Below the pieces are notes generated by a model. It searched no databases. It was not told where the DNA came from and was given only the letters and a program-made list of their open reading frames with translations. A program made the position numbers and the translations under genes. 64,000 bases of DNA from an uncultured Chloroflexia bacterium. GTDB taxonomy: Bacteria; Chloroflexota; Limnocylindria; Limnocylindrales; CSP1-4. Below, piece by piece: positions 1-9,169 of the stretch; the first letter of the stretch is position 1; each line of letters starts with the position of its first letter. The stretch spans positions 960,001-1,024,000 of the forward strand of contig CAWHDR010000001.1 in NCBI GenBank assembly GCA_963828165.1. The letters are read 5' to 3'.

Positions 1-19
1 TCGAGGGCGAGCGGGTCGG

Positions 20-619
20 TCATGACGATTCGTCCGGCACGGCGCCCGACACGGCGCGGATCGACAGCTCGACGTAGGCATCGGTCACGGAGCCCGGGCC
101 GAGCCGACCGTCGGGCCGATACCAGGCGACGAGGCCGTTGAGCGCGGTCAGGAGATAGGCGGCGGCGACCGTCGGGTCGATGGGCGCGAAGGTGCCAGCG
201 TCGATGCCCTCGCGGATGACGTCGCGGAACCCCTGTTCGTAGTCGTCGCGGCGGGTCAGCGTGTTGGCGCGGCGCTCCGGGCTCAGCGAACGCCACTCGT
301 GGATGAACACGCTGGCACGCCCGATGTCCTCGACCACCACCCCGACATGGGCGCGGGCGAGCGCCCGGAGCCTGGCCATCGGGTCCGCGTCACGCAGGCC
401 GGACAACGCCTCATCCGCCGCGGCTTCGAACTGCGAGGCGGTGCGGTCCACGATCGACCAGAGCACGTCCTGCTTGGAGGCGACGTGCGCGTACAGGCTG
501 GCCCCCTGGATGTCCAGCGCACGGGCGATATCGCGCACGCTCGTCCCGGAATAGCCATGCTCGCGGAAGAGTTCGCTGGCGACGTCCTCGATCTCGCGAC
601 GTCGCGTGGTCTCGACCAT
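20..619 (-). CDS. TetR/AcrR family transcriptional regulator (PaaR/KstR2-like)
   Basis: N-terminal HTH 'ASELFREHGYSGTSVRDIARALDIQGASLYAHVASKQDVL' and C-terminal 'WYRPDG' motif; downstream of enoyl-CoA hydratase genes. Confidence 0.9.
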   Translation of the reverse strand: MVETTRRREIEDVASELFREHGYSGTSVRDIARALDIQGASLYAHVASKQDVLWSIVDRTASQFEAAADEALSGLRDADPMARLRALARAHVGVVVEDIGRASVFIHEWRSLSPERRANTLTRRDDYEQGFRDVIREGIDAGTFAPIDPTVAAAYLLTALNGLVAWYRPDGRLGPGSVTDAYVELSIRAVSGAVPDESS

Positions 620-636
620 GGAGATTGGGCCCCCAA

Positions 637-652
637 CCTAACGTTCGTTAGG
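637..652. promoter_or_regulatory. Palindromic TetR operator (PaaR-type)
   Basis: CCTAACG-TT-CGTTAGG perfect inverted repeat just upstream of the TetR start; fits the CNAACGNNCGTTNG consensus known for Thermus PaaR; overlaps a minus-strand TAGGTT -10-like box (635-640). Confidence 0.75.
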
Positions 653-694
653 CGCCAGCCTACGTCACGGCGGGCGTGTGGGCAAGCGGCGCGT

Positions 695-1474
695 CTACTC
701 CCCCGTGAAGCGTGGCGCCCGCTTCTCGCGGAATGCGGCGAGGCCCTCCGCGTGGTCGGCTGTCGCGCCGGCGATCCCCTGCAGCTTCGCTTCGCCTTCG
801 AGCGCCTCGTCGAGGTCGGTCGTCGCCGCGCGCTCGAGTGCGCCCTTCGTCAGGGCGACGGCCAGCGGCGCACCCGCCGCCACACGGTCCGCGAGGGTCC
901 GAGCCTCGGCCATCAGGTCGTCGGGCGGGACGACCCGTGCCACCAGCCCGATGCGGAGCGCCTCCTCGGCGGAGATCGGGTCGCCGACGAAGGCCATCTC
1001 GGCGGCCCGTGCCGCTCCGACGAGTCGCGGCAGCAACCACGTCGCGCCGCTGTCCGGGATCAGCCCGATGCGCCCGAACGCCAGCACGAAGCGCGCGTCC
1101 GCGGCGGCGATTCGCAGGTCGCACGCGAAGGCGAGCGAGGCGCCCGCTCCCGCCGCCACGCCATTGACGGCCGCGATGACCGGCTGGCCCATGGATCGCA
1201 AGGCCCTGATGATCGGGTTGTACCGCTCGCGAACCTCCTCGTCGAGCGGGGCGGCATCGGGTCGCTCGCGCTCGGCGAGATCCTGCCCGGCGCAGAAGGC
1301 ACGACCGGCCCCGGTCAGGATGACGGCCCGGACGGCTCGCTCGGTGGCGATCCGCTCGAGCGCCTCGCGCAGGGCGAGCTTCATCGGGATCGTCAGGGCG
1401 TTGAGCGCCTCCGGGCGGTCGAGGGTGAGCGTCGCGACCGGCCCGTCGACCTCGACGCGCAGGCCCTCGGTCAC
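695..1474 (-). CDS. Enoyl-CoA hydratase/isomerase (PaaG-like)
   Basis: Crotonase motifs 'GRAFCAGQDL', 'AVNGVAAGAG', 'IGLIPDSG'. Confidence 0.88.
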   Translation of the reverse strand: MTEGLRVEVDGPVATLTLDRPEALNALTIPMKLALREALERIATERAVRAVILTGAGRAFCAGQDLAERERPDAAPLDEEVRERYNPIIRALRSMGQPVIAAVNGVAAGAGASLAFACDLRIAAADARFVLAFGRIGLIPDSGATWLLPRLVGAARAAEMAFVGDPISAEEALRIGLVARVVPPDDLMAEARTLADRVAAGAPLAVALTKGALERAATTDLDEALEGEAKLQGIAGATADHAEGLAAFREKRAPRFTGE

Positions 1475-2265
1475 CCGCTGAACTCGACCAGCCGCCCGTC
1501 CACGATCTCGAATACCCGCCGGTCGATGGGCTCGTCCGCGCCACCCGACTGCTCGAGGATGAACTCCGCGAACATCCCCGCGAACCCCTGGTCGTCCGGC
1601 CGCAGACTTGCGGCCGTGAGGAGGTGACGCTCGGGGATGCCGACGAGCACGCGCGCCCCATTCCCACCCAGCTCCTTGGCGAGATGGGCGATGACGTCAG
1701 GCAGGAGGATCCGGACCGCATCCATGCCGTCGCCGGTGTCGGAGCTGATCAGGTGCCGTTCACCCGAGACCTCGTCGGTCCACGGCGCGGTCGCCGCCCA
1801 GGCCGCGAGGTTGCGCAGGGCCGCGTCCTGCAGCTCGACGGCCTCGATACCCCACGACAGCAGGTGATCGCCGTTCACCATGATGTCGAAGCCACCCGCG
1901 GGGATGGCGTACACCACGGGCAGCCCTGCCGGGCCGGCGTCGAGGACCGGCTGGGCATGGCTCTGCATCGCGTGCTGGGCCAGCGTGTCGCGCTGGACGT
2001 CCTCGATCGCGAGGCCCTGCGTCCCGACCGGCCGGAACGCGGGCCGGATGACGTCACGCGCCAGTGCCCAGTCGTGCTCGGGCGAATCGACCACCGACGA
2101 GGAGGACTGGGGCCGTGGCACGTGCCCGCTGACGGGCGCTGTGTCGTCGATCGGAGAGAGGATGTCAGGCGGACTGTCGCGGAGTGACGATGGCGGCTCG
2201 TCGCCGAGGTCTCTGGCCAGGTCGCGCCCGACGTCGCTCCCGCCTTCGTACGGGTCACGCTCCAT
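1471..2265 (-). CDS. Hypothetical protein (possibly DUF1444-like)
   Basis: Host-like ORF with a GTGA overlap to the next gene; 'LLSWGI..LQDAALRNL' and 'VLVGIPERHLL' resemble DUF1444. Confidence 0.6.
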   Translation of the reverse strand: MERDPYEGGSDVGRDLARDLGDEPPSSLRDSPPDILSPIDDTAPVSGHVPRPQSSSSVVDSPEHDWALARDVIRPAFRPVGTQGLAIEDVQRDTLAQHAMQSHAQPVLDAGPAGLPVVYAIPAGGFDIMVNGDHLLSWGIEAVELQDAALRNLAAWAATAPWTDEVSGERHLISSDTGDGMDAVRILLPDVIAHLAKELGGNGARVLVGIPERHLLTAASLRPDDQGFAGMFAEFILEQSGGADEPIDRRVFEIVDGRLVEFSG

Positions 2266-2283
2266 CCGTTCCTCCTCGTGTGG

Positions 2284-3087
2284 TCATCGGCCGGTCCAGG
2301 TCGGCGAGCGCTTCTCCATGAACGCACGCATCCCTTCGCGTTGGTCCTCGGTGGCAAAGAGCTCGAAGAAGGCCGCCCGCTCGGCACGCAGGCCGGCGCT
2401 GAGCGACAGGTCCGCGGCGGCGAGCACGGAACGTTTGGCGGCACGGACCGCGAGTGGCGGCATGCCGGCGATCGTGTCGGCCAGGTCCAGGGCCGCCTCG
2501 ACAGTCTGGGCGCTCGGGACGACCTTCGTGACGAGCCCGGCCGCCTTGGCCTCCTCGGCCGGCATCGCCCGCCCGGTCAGGATGAGCTCCATGGCCAGCG
2601 CCGCGCCGACTGCCCTGGTCAGACGCTGCGTGCCCCCGGCCCCTGGCATGACCCCGATACGGATCTCCGGCTGGCCGAACTGAGCGTCGTCGCCCGCAAC
2701 GATGAGGTCGCAGGTCATGGCCAGCTCGCAGCCGCCACCCAGGGCGAAGCCGCGGACGGCGGCGATCAGCGGCAGGCCGATCGAGCCGATACGGTCCCAA
2801 GCGGAGAAGTTGCCCTCGGCGTGCAGCCGCTCCGGAGTCTGGTCCGCGAGCTCCATGATGTCGGCACCGGCCGCGAACGCGCGGTCCCCGGCACCGGTCA
2901 GGACGACGACCCGGATGCGATCGTCGAGATCGAGCGCCTCGAGCTGGGCGGCCAGCTCGGCCAGGAGCGCGAAGCTGAGCGCGTTGTGCGCCTCGGGCCG
3001 ATCGATCGTGACGAGCGCGACGCCGTCATGCCCGGGGACGGGGGCATCGACACGGATCAAGCGGGTGGTCGGCTCGACGTCGGTCAC
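2284..3087 (-). CDS. Enoyl-CoA hydratase (PaaF-like)
   Basis: 'AFAAGADI', 'GFALGGGCEL', 'FGQPEIRIGVMPGAGGTQRL'. Confidence 0.9.
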   Translation of the reverse strand: MTDVEPTTRLIRVDAPVPGHDGVALVTIDRPEAHNALSFALLAELAAQLEALDLDDRIRVVVLTGAGDRAFAAGADIMELADQTPERLHAEGNFSAWDRIGSIGLPLIAAVRGFALGGGCELAMTCDLIVAGDDAQFGQPEIRIGVMPGAGGTQRLTRAVGAALAMELILTGRAMPAEEAKAAGLVTKVVPSAQTVEAALDLADTIAGMPPLAVRAAKRSVLAAADLSLSAGLRAERAAFFELFATEDQREGMRAFMEKRSPTWTGR

Positions 3088-3175
3088 GGGCTCCTCGCTG
3101 GTCGTCCCGTCAAGTATCCATGTTCCGGGAAGTGCGACGCGGGGTTTCCGGTCGATGCCACGGTGTCAACCAGCG

Positions 3176-3628
3176 CTATTCGCGGGCGCGAAGGGCGGCC
3201 TCGATCTCGTCGAGGTGCTCACCACGGTGCTCGCCGCGGGCCGGGCTGATCGGGCTGTCCGGATCGCCCGGCCAGAGCCGATCCAGGGGCAGCCGAGCAG
3301 CGAGGGCGTCCGTCTCCTCCGCGGTCTGCAGGGCGAACCGCGCGGCCGTGCGCGGCTCGATCTGGTGGATCAGGGGGCGGGTCGAGTCGTTCAGCCAGTC
3401 ACCATCGGGCTCGTCATCACCTGACACCCACGGCTCGCCTCGATCGATCTTCGCCGCAAGCGTCTGGAAGCGGATATCCCAGTAGGCGAGGTGACCGAGC
3501 ACTCCCGCTACCGTCCAGAATTCGTTCACGGGCGCCGTAAGCGCGTCGTCGTCCAGCCCCTCGATGAGCGCGCGCAGTCGCGCTCGCTGACGCGCGTTGG
3601 CTTCGATGTACGGCCGATCTTCGCTCAT
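3176..3628 (-). CDS. DinB/maleylpyruvate-isomerase N-terminal-like protein
   Basis: 'WTVAGVLGHLAYWD' and C-terminal 'EHRGEHLDEI' His motifs. Confidence 0.75.
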   Translation of the reverse strand: MSEDRPYIEANARQRARLRALIEGLDDDALTAPVNEFWTVAGVLGHLAYWDIRFQTLAAKIDRGEPWVSGDDEPDGDWLNDSTRPLIHQIEPRTAARFALQTAEETDALAARLPLDRLWPGDPDSPISPARGEHRGEHLDEIEAALRARE

Positions 3629-3695
3629 GGTCTGACCATACAGCCCGCGCGCGGGGCGCGCCCAAGCTCGGGCGAGGCTGCTTCACACTGGGCGA

Positions 3696-5075
3696 ATGAC
3701 CCGGCGTCGCGTCCTGAGCGCGCTCCAGTTCTTTCCGCGCGGCGGGTCGTCGCATGTCGCCCGCGCACTCGCGCGGGAGCTTCCGGCGCATGGCTGGGAC
3801 GTCACGATCCTGTCCGGCTCGCGGCGGGACCTCGAGGGTGTCGGCGACGCGGCGCGCTTCTACGCGGGCCTCGACGTGTATCCGGTGTCATTCGACGAGG
3901 CGCTCGCTTCGCCCGACCCACTGGCTCCGCCCCCGGGTGTTGCGCCGATCCAGCCGTCGTACGAGGATCGCCCCGGCGCTCCGGACCGGGTGTTCGCCAT
4001 GCTCGACGACCATGCCTACGAGCGGCAAGTACGCGCTTGGGCGAGCGTCCTGACCACCGCCGGCGCCGCCCGATTCGACGCGCTGCACCTGCACCATCTG
4101 ACGCCGATCCACGAGGCGGCAGCGCGAGTCGCTCCAGCGGTCCCGATCGTCGGACATCTGCACGGCACCGAGCTGCTGATGCTCGAGGCGATCGCAGCCG
4201 GCCCGCCGCTCAGCTGGACGCACGCCGAGGCGTGGGTCGAGCGAATGCGCCGCTGGGCGCACGGTTGCGAGCGACTCGTGCTGGTCTCCCCATCGGAGAT
4301 CCCACGCGTTGAGCGGTTGCTCAGCCTGGGTACGGACCGGCTGGTGGTGCTGCCGAATGGGTTCGACCCGCGCGTCTTCGCGCGGCGCGATGTCGATCGC
4401 GCGTCGCTCTACCGCGATGCGCTCGTCGAAGCGCCGCGCGGCTGGTCTGCCGGCCAGGAAGCCGGCAGCGTCCGCTACCTGCCCGAGGACGTTTCGACCC
4501 TCGCTGACGGGGTGGTGGTGCTCACGGTCAGCCGCTTCACCGGGGTAAAGCGGCTCCCGCTACTCATCGAGGCATTCGCCCTGGCCCGCGATCGCGCGCG
4601 GACGCCCACCGGGCTGGTGATCGTCGGTGGCCACCCGGGCGAGTGGGAGGGAGAGCACCCTGCCGATACGATCGCCCGACTCGGAGTGCGCGGCGTCTTC
4701 CTGGCCGGCTGGCGCGACCACGCTGAGGTCTCCGAATTCCTGTCGGCCGCGGACCTGTTCGCCCTGGCCTCAGTTCGCGAACAGTTCGGCCTCGTGCTCG
4801 TCGAAGCGATGGCGTGCGAGATGGCGGTGATTGCCGTCGACCGCTTCGGGCCTGGCGAGATCATCGACGACGGCGAAACCGGCTGGCTGGTGGAGCCCGA
4901 CGATGTCGGGGGCCTCGCCGGGGCGCTGCTCCACGCAGTCGACGACCCCGCTGAGCGGGCGCGCCGCGGCGCCCATGCGCGCGCCGTCGCCATCGAGCGC
5001 TACGGCTGGCCAAAACTCGCCGAGCGCCTGGCCGGCGTGTTGGATGCCTCCGTGGTCGGGCCACCAAGGCGATAA
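3696..5075 (+). CDS. Glycosyltransferase family 4
   Basis: 'LPNGFD', 'VSRFTGVKR', 'EQFGLVLVEAMA' GT-B motifs; CACACT-N6-ATG leaderless start. Confidence 0.9.
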   Translation: MTRRRVLSALQFFPRGGSSHVARALARELPAHGWDVTILSGSRRDLEGVGDAARFYAGLDVYPVSFDEALASPDPLAPPPGVAPIQPSYEDRPGAPDRVFAMLDDHAYERQVRAWASVLTTAGAARFDALHLHHLTPIHEAAARVAPAVPIVGHLHGTELLMLEAIAAGPPLSWTHAEAWVERMRRWAHGCERLVLVSPSEIPRVERLLSLGTDRLVVLPNGFDPRVFARRDVDRASLYRDALVEAPRGWSAGQEAGSVRYLPEDVSTLADGVVVLTVSRFTGVKRLPLLIEAFALARDRARTPTGLVIVGGHPGEWEGEHPADTIARLGVRGVFLAGWRDHAEVSEFLSAADLFALASVREQFGLVLVEAMACEMAVIAVDRFGPGEIIDDGETGWLVEPDDVGGLAGALLHAVDDPAERARRGAHARAVAIERYGWPKLAERLAGVLDASVVGPPRR

Positions 5076-5240
5076 CCGCGCTTTCTTGCGCAGTTGTAGG
5101 CGGACGACCTCGCAATCCCATTGGTCACGACGCGAGGGGTCGCGGCTTCGTCCCGCTTGGCGCCCACCGGGGGCCGTACCCGGGCAGCCAGTCTGCGTCG
5201 GCCCGTCGCTCGGCGCCGGGCTCGCGGTGACGAGACACAG

Positions 5241-5265
5241 CTCCGTTTGCGTCCGCCAATGACAC
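5241..5265 (+). repeat. Cassette site R1
   Basis: CTCCGTTTGC-GTCCGCCAATGACAC. Confidence 0.85.
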
Positions 5266-5339
5266 CTGAGACCGCTGCGCCTTCCCCGCGCATTCGTGCC
5301 TCGCTACGACTTAGTCGGCCCGCCGCCGTTCACCGCCTT

Positions 5340-5714
5340 CTAATTCCTGACCGTGTAGACGGTGTGATTGGCGATCCGATTCGCGAGGACGCGGTCGAGC
5401 ACGTCCGCTCGCGGCAGTTCTACGCGCTGATCGACGCTGTCGGAGCTCCAGGTGGCAGTCAACTCCAGCACGCCAGTCAGCTGGCTGAACAACGTCGATA
5501 GGTCGGCATGCAGGCTCGATCGATGCTCCTTGGGAAGCTTCCAACCGGATGGGCGATCCCATTCGCGGACCATCTCGCACCCGTGGAGAGACAACGTCGG
5601 CTCCTCGTCATCCCGGTCGATTTCCCAGTCGAGGGAGACGGGCGCGCGGTCCCAGCCGATGAGGTTCGCTCGATCCGACGGAGTCATCGGGCGCACGACG
5701 TAGACCATGCACAT
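5340..5714 (-). CDS. Cassette 1 hypothetical protein
   Basis: 124-aa ORF between R1 and R2; TACCCT-N6-ATG. Confidence 0.65.
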   Translation of the reverse strand: MCMVYVVRPMTPSDRANLIGWDRAPVSLDWEIDRDDEEPTLSLHGCEMVREWDRPSGWKLPKEHRSSLHADLSTLFSQLTGVLELTATWSSDSVDQRVELPRADVLDRVLANRIANHTVYTVRN

Positions 5715-5772
5715 GCCGCGAGGGTAGCAGTCGGCCCGCTGTTGGGCCCTCCCGTCGTCACAGCTCCCCGTG

Positions 5773-5797
5773 GTCGCAATGCGTCCGCCAATGACAC
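5773..5797 (+). repeat. Cassette site R2
   Basis: GTCGCAATGC-GTCCGCCAATGACAC. Confidence 0.9.
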
Positions 5798-6402
5798 TAG
5801 GGCGATAAATCCTCGCACTGAGTCAGAGTCTTCCCCGGCTTCACGAATTGACAAAGCGCGTCGTAGGAATCGTCGGAGCCTTTGAGCACGAGATACTTCG
5901 GGTAGGCGCCGAGGTGGTCGCCCTCGCCTTCATTGGTTTCCATCAGCAGAGCCGTTCGAGCTGGCACGCCGGGGATCCGGTATACCGTCCTCTTCTCGCC
6001 TTCATAGGACGTCGTGCCAGATGCCTCGAGACCATTGGGCCAATCGAAGCTTCGACCAATGGACACCAGGTATGGGTCCCCATTGACGGTTGCCGTGGCG
6101 GCCTCGAGAACCTCTGTCACGACCACGTTGCCTGGAAGCTGAACGACGTCCACTCGCGCGCTGACATGCGACCGAGTAGGGTCGGCAACCGCGACGCTCG
6201 GGGCACCGGCCTCGGGGCGGTCTGCCGGCCGGGACAGGCCGAGGACGGCGACGGCGGCCACGACTCCGAGCGCCACTATCGGAACCCAGCGCGGAAGGAG
6301 CGGACCCGGCTCATCCTCGGACGTCGCGACGACGGCGAAGGTCTCGGGCAGCTGACGATGTCGGTCGACATCCGCGAAGACGGTCGCCTGTTGATCACGC
6401 AT
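5797..6402 (-). CDS. Cassette 2 hypothetical membrane-anchored protein
   Basis: Hydrophobic segment 'WVPIVALGVVAAVAVLGL'; stop codon overlaps the last base of R2; TAGCCT-N8-ATG. Confidence 0.65.
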   Translation of the reverse strand: MRDQQATVFADVDRHRQLPETFAVVATSEDEPGPLLPRWVPIVALGVVAAVAVLGLSRPADRPEAGAPSVAVADPTRSHVSARVDVVQLPGNVVVTEVLEAATATVNGDPYLVSIGRSFDWPNGLEASGTTSYEGEKRTVYRIPGVPARTALLMETNEGEGDHLGAYPKYLVLKGSDDSYDALCQFVKPGKTLTQCEDLSP

Positions 6403-6428
6403 GTGCTCTCAGGCTACTCGACCTTGGT

Positions 6429-6453
6429 GTGGCTTAGCGTCCGCCAAAGTCAC
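6429..6453 (+). repeat. Cassette site R3
   Basis: GTGGCTTAGC-GTCCGCCAAAGTCAC. Confidence 0.88.
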
Positions 6454-6833
6454 CCGAATGGAGTAGCGCCAGGATCTGAGCCTGCGCGCATCGGCGAAAC
6501 GGGAAGCGAACTGGGGTCCGAAGCGTGAAGTCCATCCTCGGCAGAGAACATGACCAGTGCGACGACGAGGGCGTCACCGCTGGGCGATCGCAGCCGGAAT
6601 CCCTTTCGGTCATACGTCAGCGCCTTCAGAGCGTCCTCGCCCCCGATCGAGCGGACCTCGGCCGGTGAGACTTCGTCGATGGACTCGATGTCGAGCCCAT
6701 CCGGCATGTGAAGGAAGCTCACGCCCTTGAAGAGAACGTCGATCCGTGTCGGATTGTCGTTGTCCCGCTGGCTCCTCAGCAGCAGTTGGGCGTGAGTAAC
6801 CGCGTACTCCCATATGACGTAGCGGCGCGTCAC
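6450..6833 (-). CDS. Cassette 3 hypothetical protein
   Basis: 'WEYAVTHAQLLLRS..TRIDVLFKGV' looks like a conserved small-protein family; TGA inside R3; start placed at GTG 6833 (uncertain). Confidence 0.65.
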   Translation of the reverse strand: MTRRYVIWEYAVTHAQLLLRSQRDNDNPTRIDVLFKGVSFLHMPDGLDIESIDEVSPAEVRSIGGEDALKALTYDRKGFRLRSPSGDALVVALVMFSAEDGLHASDPSSLPVSPMRAGSDPGATPFG

Positions 6834-6928
6834 CGCGCAAACGAAAACGGGGTGCCAAGGACCGCACCCCCGAGGACGAAGGTGACCCTCCCAAACGGCC
6901 GCATTGCGCGATGTTACAGGCCACCCCG

Positions 6929-6953
6929 GTCGCAAAGCGTTCGCGAATGTCAC
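6929..6953 (+). repeat. Cassette site R4
   Basis: GTCGCAAAGC-GTTCGCGAATGTCAC. Confidence 0.85.
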
Positions 6954-7660
6954 TCGACCGGGGGCTTGAAACCGTAGCGTGCCTGCTCGTCCGCGATCGT
7001 GTAGCTGAGATCGGGCCGGAAATCCCGAGTTGTAATCAGCAATCCCTCTAATCCATAGAAGCTCTCGTCGAATGGGCGCAGGCCGATCGCCCGGCAGTAT
7101 CGATCGACCAGTGCCGGCGTCAGTCGGTCCGCCACGCGGCGGGCCCCGTAGGAACGGAGGTCCTCGTAGGGCTGCGGACGCCCGGTCGCGACGAAGACCA
7201 AACGGCCACCATCATCACGTCCCACATGAACGGTGCGTTCATGGTTGAGAAAATCAGTTGGGTGGTCGGCGATGAGCTGGAAGCGAAGGGTCTCATGGCT
7301 CGGTACCGGCCACCACACGATGTAGACGGCGCGGCATCTCATCATCTCCGCGATCACACCGACCGGAGCTTCGTCAGCACCGGTGTGCTGGTTGCTGAAG
7401 TAGGCCGTCCAATCGGACCGCGTGCCAAGGAGTAGCTCGCGATTGCCTAGGCTCATCGGTTCCAGGGCAGATAGGACCTCGCGAAGCGGCCCAACCACGC
7501 CCAGCTCGACCGGCTGCAGATCGAGTCCTCGACGCCATGCGGCCAGGACTTCGGCAACTTCGCCGATCGCGGCGTCGAAGAACGCGTAGGCGCCCGTGAT
7601 GGGCCACAGCTCCGCTCCGAGAAGCGGTTTTGGCTCGGGCGCCGCGGGTTCGTCGTGCAT
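6950..7660 (-). CDS. Cassette 4 hypothetical protein (possibly immunity-like)
   Basis: 236-aa ORF filling R4-R5; TGA inside R4; TACGCT-N7-ATG; motifs 'WTAYFSN', 'GRPQPYED..Y'. Confidence 0.7.
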   Translation of the reverse strand: MHDEPAAPEPKPLLGAELWPITGAYAFFDAAIGEVAEVLAAWRRGLDLQPVELGVVGPLREVLSALEPMSLGNRELLLGTRSDWTAYFSNQHTGADEAPVGVIAEMMRCRAVYIVWWPVPSHETLRFQLIADHPTDFLNHERTVHVGRDDGGRLVFVATGRPQPYEDLRSYGARRVADRLTPALVDRYCRAIGLRPFDESFYGLEGLLITTRDFRPDLSYTIADEQARYGFKPPVE

Positions 7661-7696
7661 GCGAACAAGCGTATCGGGCGGGACCAGGCCGCTCGG

Positions 7697-7721
7697 CTCA
7701 GTCTGTGTCCGCCAATGTCAC
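7697..7721 (+). repeat. Cassette site R5
   Basis: CTCAGTCTGT-GTCCGCCAATGTCAC. Confidence 0.9.
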
Positions 7722-8053
7722 CCGGTCGACTGCCGAGATTGGCGGGCGGCGCGATCCGCTGCGTAGCGCCTCGCCACGGCCTTCAGCTCGTCAATCGAGG
7801 CATCGCTTCGAGCACTCCACGCGTCCCATTCGCCGTGGGGGTAGCTCAGCAATTGGAAGAGCGCGGCCTGGACGACGTGGTATGTCTGGTCGGTCCCAAT
7901 CCCCTCCGGCCACACATCGAGGACCGCCCGAACCGTGTCTCGCTCGTAACCGAAGAGGGTCGGGAATTCCCAGTCGGGATAGAGCGGGCCATCGACCGTG
8001 GCAAGAAGGACGCTATGGATGACATCGCGATCGCGTTCCGTCAACGCCGCCAT
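7718..8053 (-). CDS. Cassette 5 hypothetical protein
   Basis: 'GPLYPDWEFPTLFG..LLSYPHG' small conserved-looking protein; TGA inside R5; TACACT-N6-ATG. Confidence 0.72.
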   Translation of the reverse strand: MAALTERDRDVIHSVLLATVDGPLYPDWEFPTLFGYERDTVRAVLDVWPEGIGTDQTYHVVQAALFQLLSYPHGEWDAWSARSDASIDELKAVARRYAADRAARQSRQSTG

Positions 8054-8076
8054 TGCCGGAGTGTAGGCATCGCGAG

Positions 8077-8101
8077 GTCTCACAGTGTTTGGGAATGTCA
8101 C
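8077..8101 (+). repeat. Cassette site R6
   Basis: GTCTCACAGT-GTTTGGGAATGTCAC. Confidence 0.85.
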
Positions 8102-8139
8102 CCGAAAGCGGGGGCACTCCGACCTGTCATGCTCCACGT

Positions 8140-8439
8140 GTGTCCACGGAGTCGGCCGAGAAGACCGAGCAGTTTGAGTACGAGGTCGCGGAGGCTCTTG
8201 CGCTCCCGCAGCACGGCATCGGCGCGATTGGCTGGATCCGTGTCGGGACAGTTCGAATTGGCGACCAAGTAGCCGTCGACGATGACGCAGCTGAGCCATA
8301 CACGGTTCGCGGAGTAGGAATTCTCGACGGGCTGGGACCGAAAGCGGGTAGCGCCAACATCGAGCTTCTCCTCGACGACTACGGCACGAAACGATTGGCG
8401 CCAGGCGTTCCAATTCGCAGGTGGAGAGACTTCACCTAG
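8140..8439 (+). CDS. Cassette 6 small protein resembling the EF-Tu domain II beta-barrel
   Basis: 'FEYEVAEALALPQHGIGAIGWIRVGTVRIGDQVAV' parallels the EF-Tu D2 pattern; CATGCT-N6-GTG. Confidence 0.55.
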   Translation: MSTESAEKTEQFEYEVAEALALPQHGIGAIGWIRVGTVRIGDQVAVDDDAAEPYTVRGVGILDGLGPKAGSANIELLLDDYGTKRLAPGVPIRRWRDFT

Positions 8440-8454
8440 GGCGAGGGCAACCGC

Positions 8455-8479
8455 ACCGTTACGTATCCGCCAATGTCAC
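8455..8479 (+). repeat. Cassette site R7
   Basis: ACCGTTACGT-ATCCGCCAATGTCAC. Confidence 0.82.
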
Positions 8480-9087
8480 TCGAGCGTGAGCTTTCCGTGT
8501 GCTCCCGTCAGGGAGATCGACCACGCCCCGGATGAACCCGTCACGGCGATCGGTAGGTCGTGGTCGCCGAGCCAGTCGGCGAGACGTTCTTGGTCTGCCG
8601 CCACCGACAGAAGCGTCAGACTGACCGAACCATCCCGATGGCGAACGGCGGCGGCTCCCGGCACCTGCATGCCGTCTCCCCATTGGATGAAGAACGGAAG
8701 CCCGGGCTCGCGCACGGCGATTTCGACACCTACGCTGCGCCAGGCGATGAGGGCACCCCGGGGATCGACTCGCGAACCAGGAAGGACGGGCTGGCCGAGC
8801 CTTCGCCCGACAGCGTCGATCGAATCCGTTCGAACAGCCCAGCCGAGCGGGCTTCCCGGAAGCGCGGAGGCGACCCATCGCCCGAAGGCGCTCCGACTCG
8901 CCGCCTCGCGGTCGGCCACCGCGACGAGCTCGAGATAGGACTCGCCGAGCGGGACGATCCAATTGGCCGTACCCCACGCTGGATGCCGCCCACCCTCAAC
9001 GGAGACAAGCCCGTACCGAGCCTTCAGCCTGGCCACCTCGGCCGCGAGGTCACGGACGGGCAGGATCACGTGATCGATCGCTAGCAC
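8476..9087 (-). CDS. Cassette 7 VOC/glyoxalase-like protein
   Basis: 'IDHVILPVRDL', 'GGRHPAWGTAN', 'YLELVAV', 'LPFFIQW'; TGA inside R7. Confidence 0.85.
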   Translation of the reverse strand: MLAIDHVILPVRDLAAEVARLKARYGLVSVEGGRHPAWGTANWIVPLGESYLELVAVADREAASRSAFGRWVASALPGSPLGWAVRTDSIDAVGRRLGQPVLPGSRVDPRGALIAWRSVGVEIAVREPGLPFFIQWGDGMQVPGAAAVRHRDGSVSLTLLSVAADQERLADWLGDHDLPIAVTGSSGAWSISLTGAHGKLTLE

Positions 9088-9121
9088 AGCTCACTCAAGG
9101 TGGTACCCGCTGGGCTCACAG

Positions 9122-9169
9122 GTGTCCGGGAAGGTTTCTCAGATCGGCCACGTATGGGGGCTATGTCAC
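9122..9169 (+). repeat. Degenerate/split cassette site R8
   Basis: GTGTCCGGGAAGGTTTC (9122-9138) followed by ...GGCTATGTCAC ending 9169, which holds the next gene's TGA. Confidence 0.5.
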
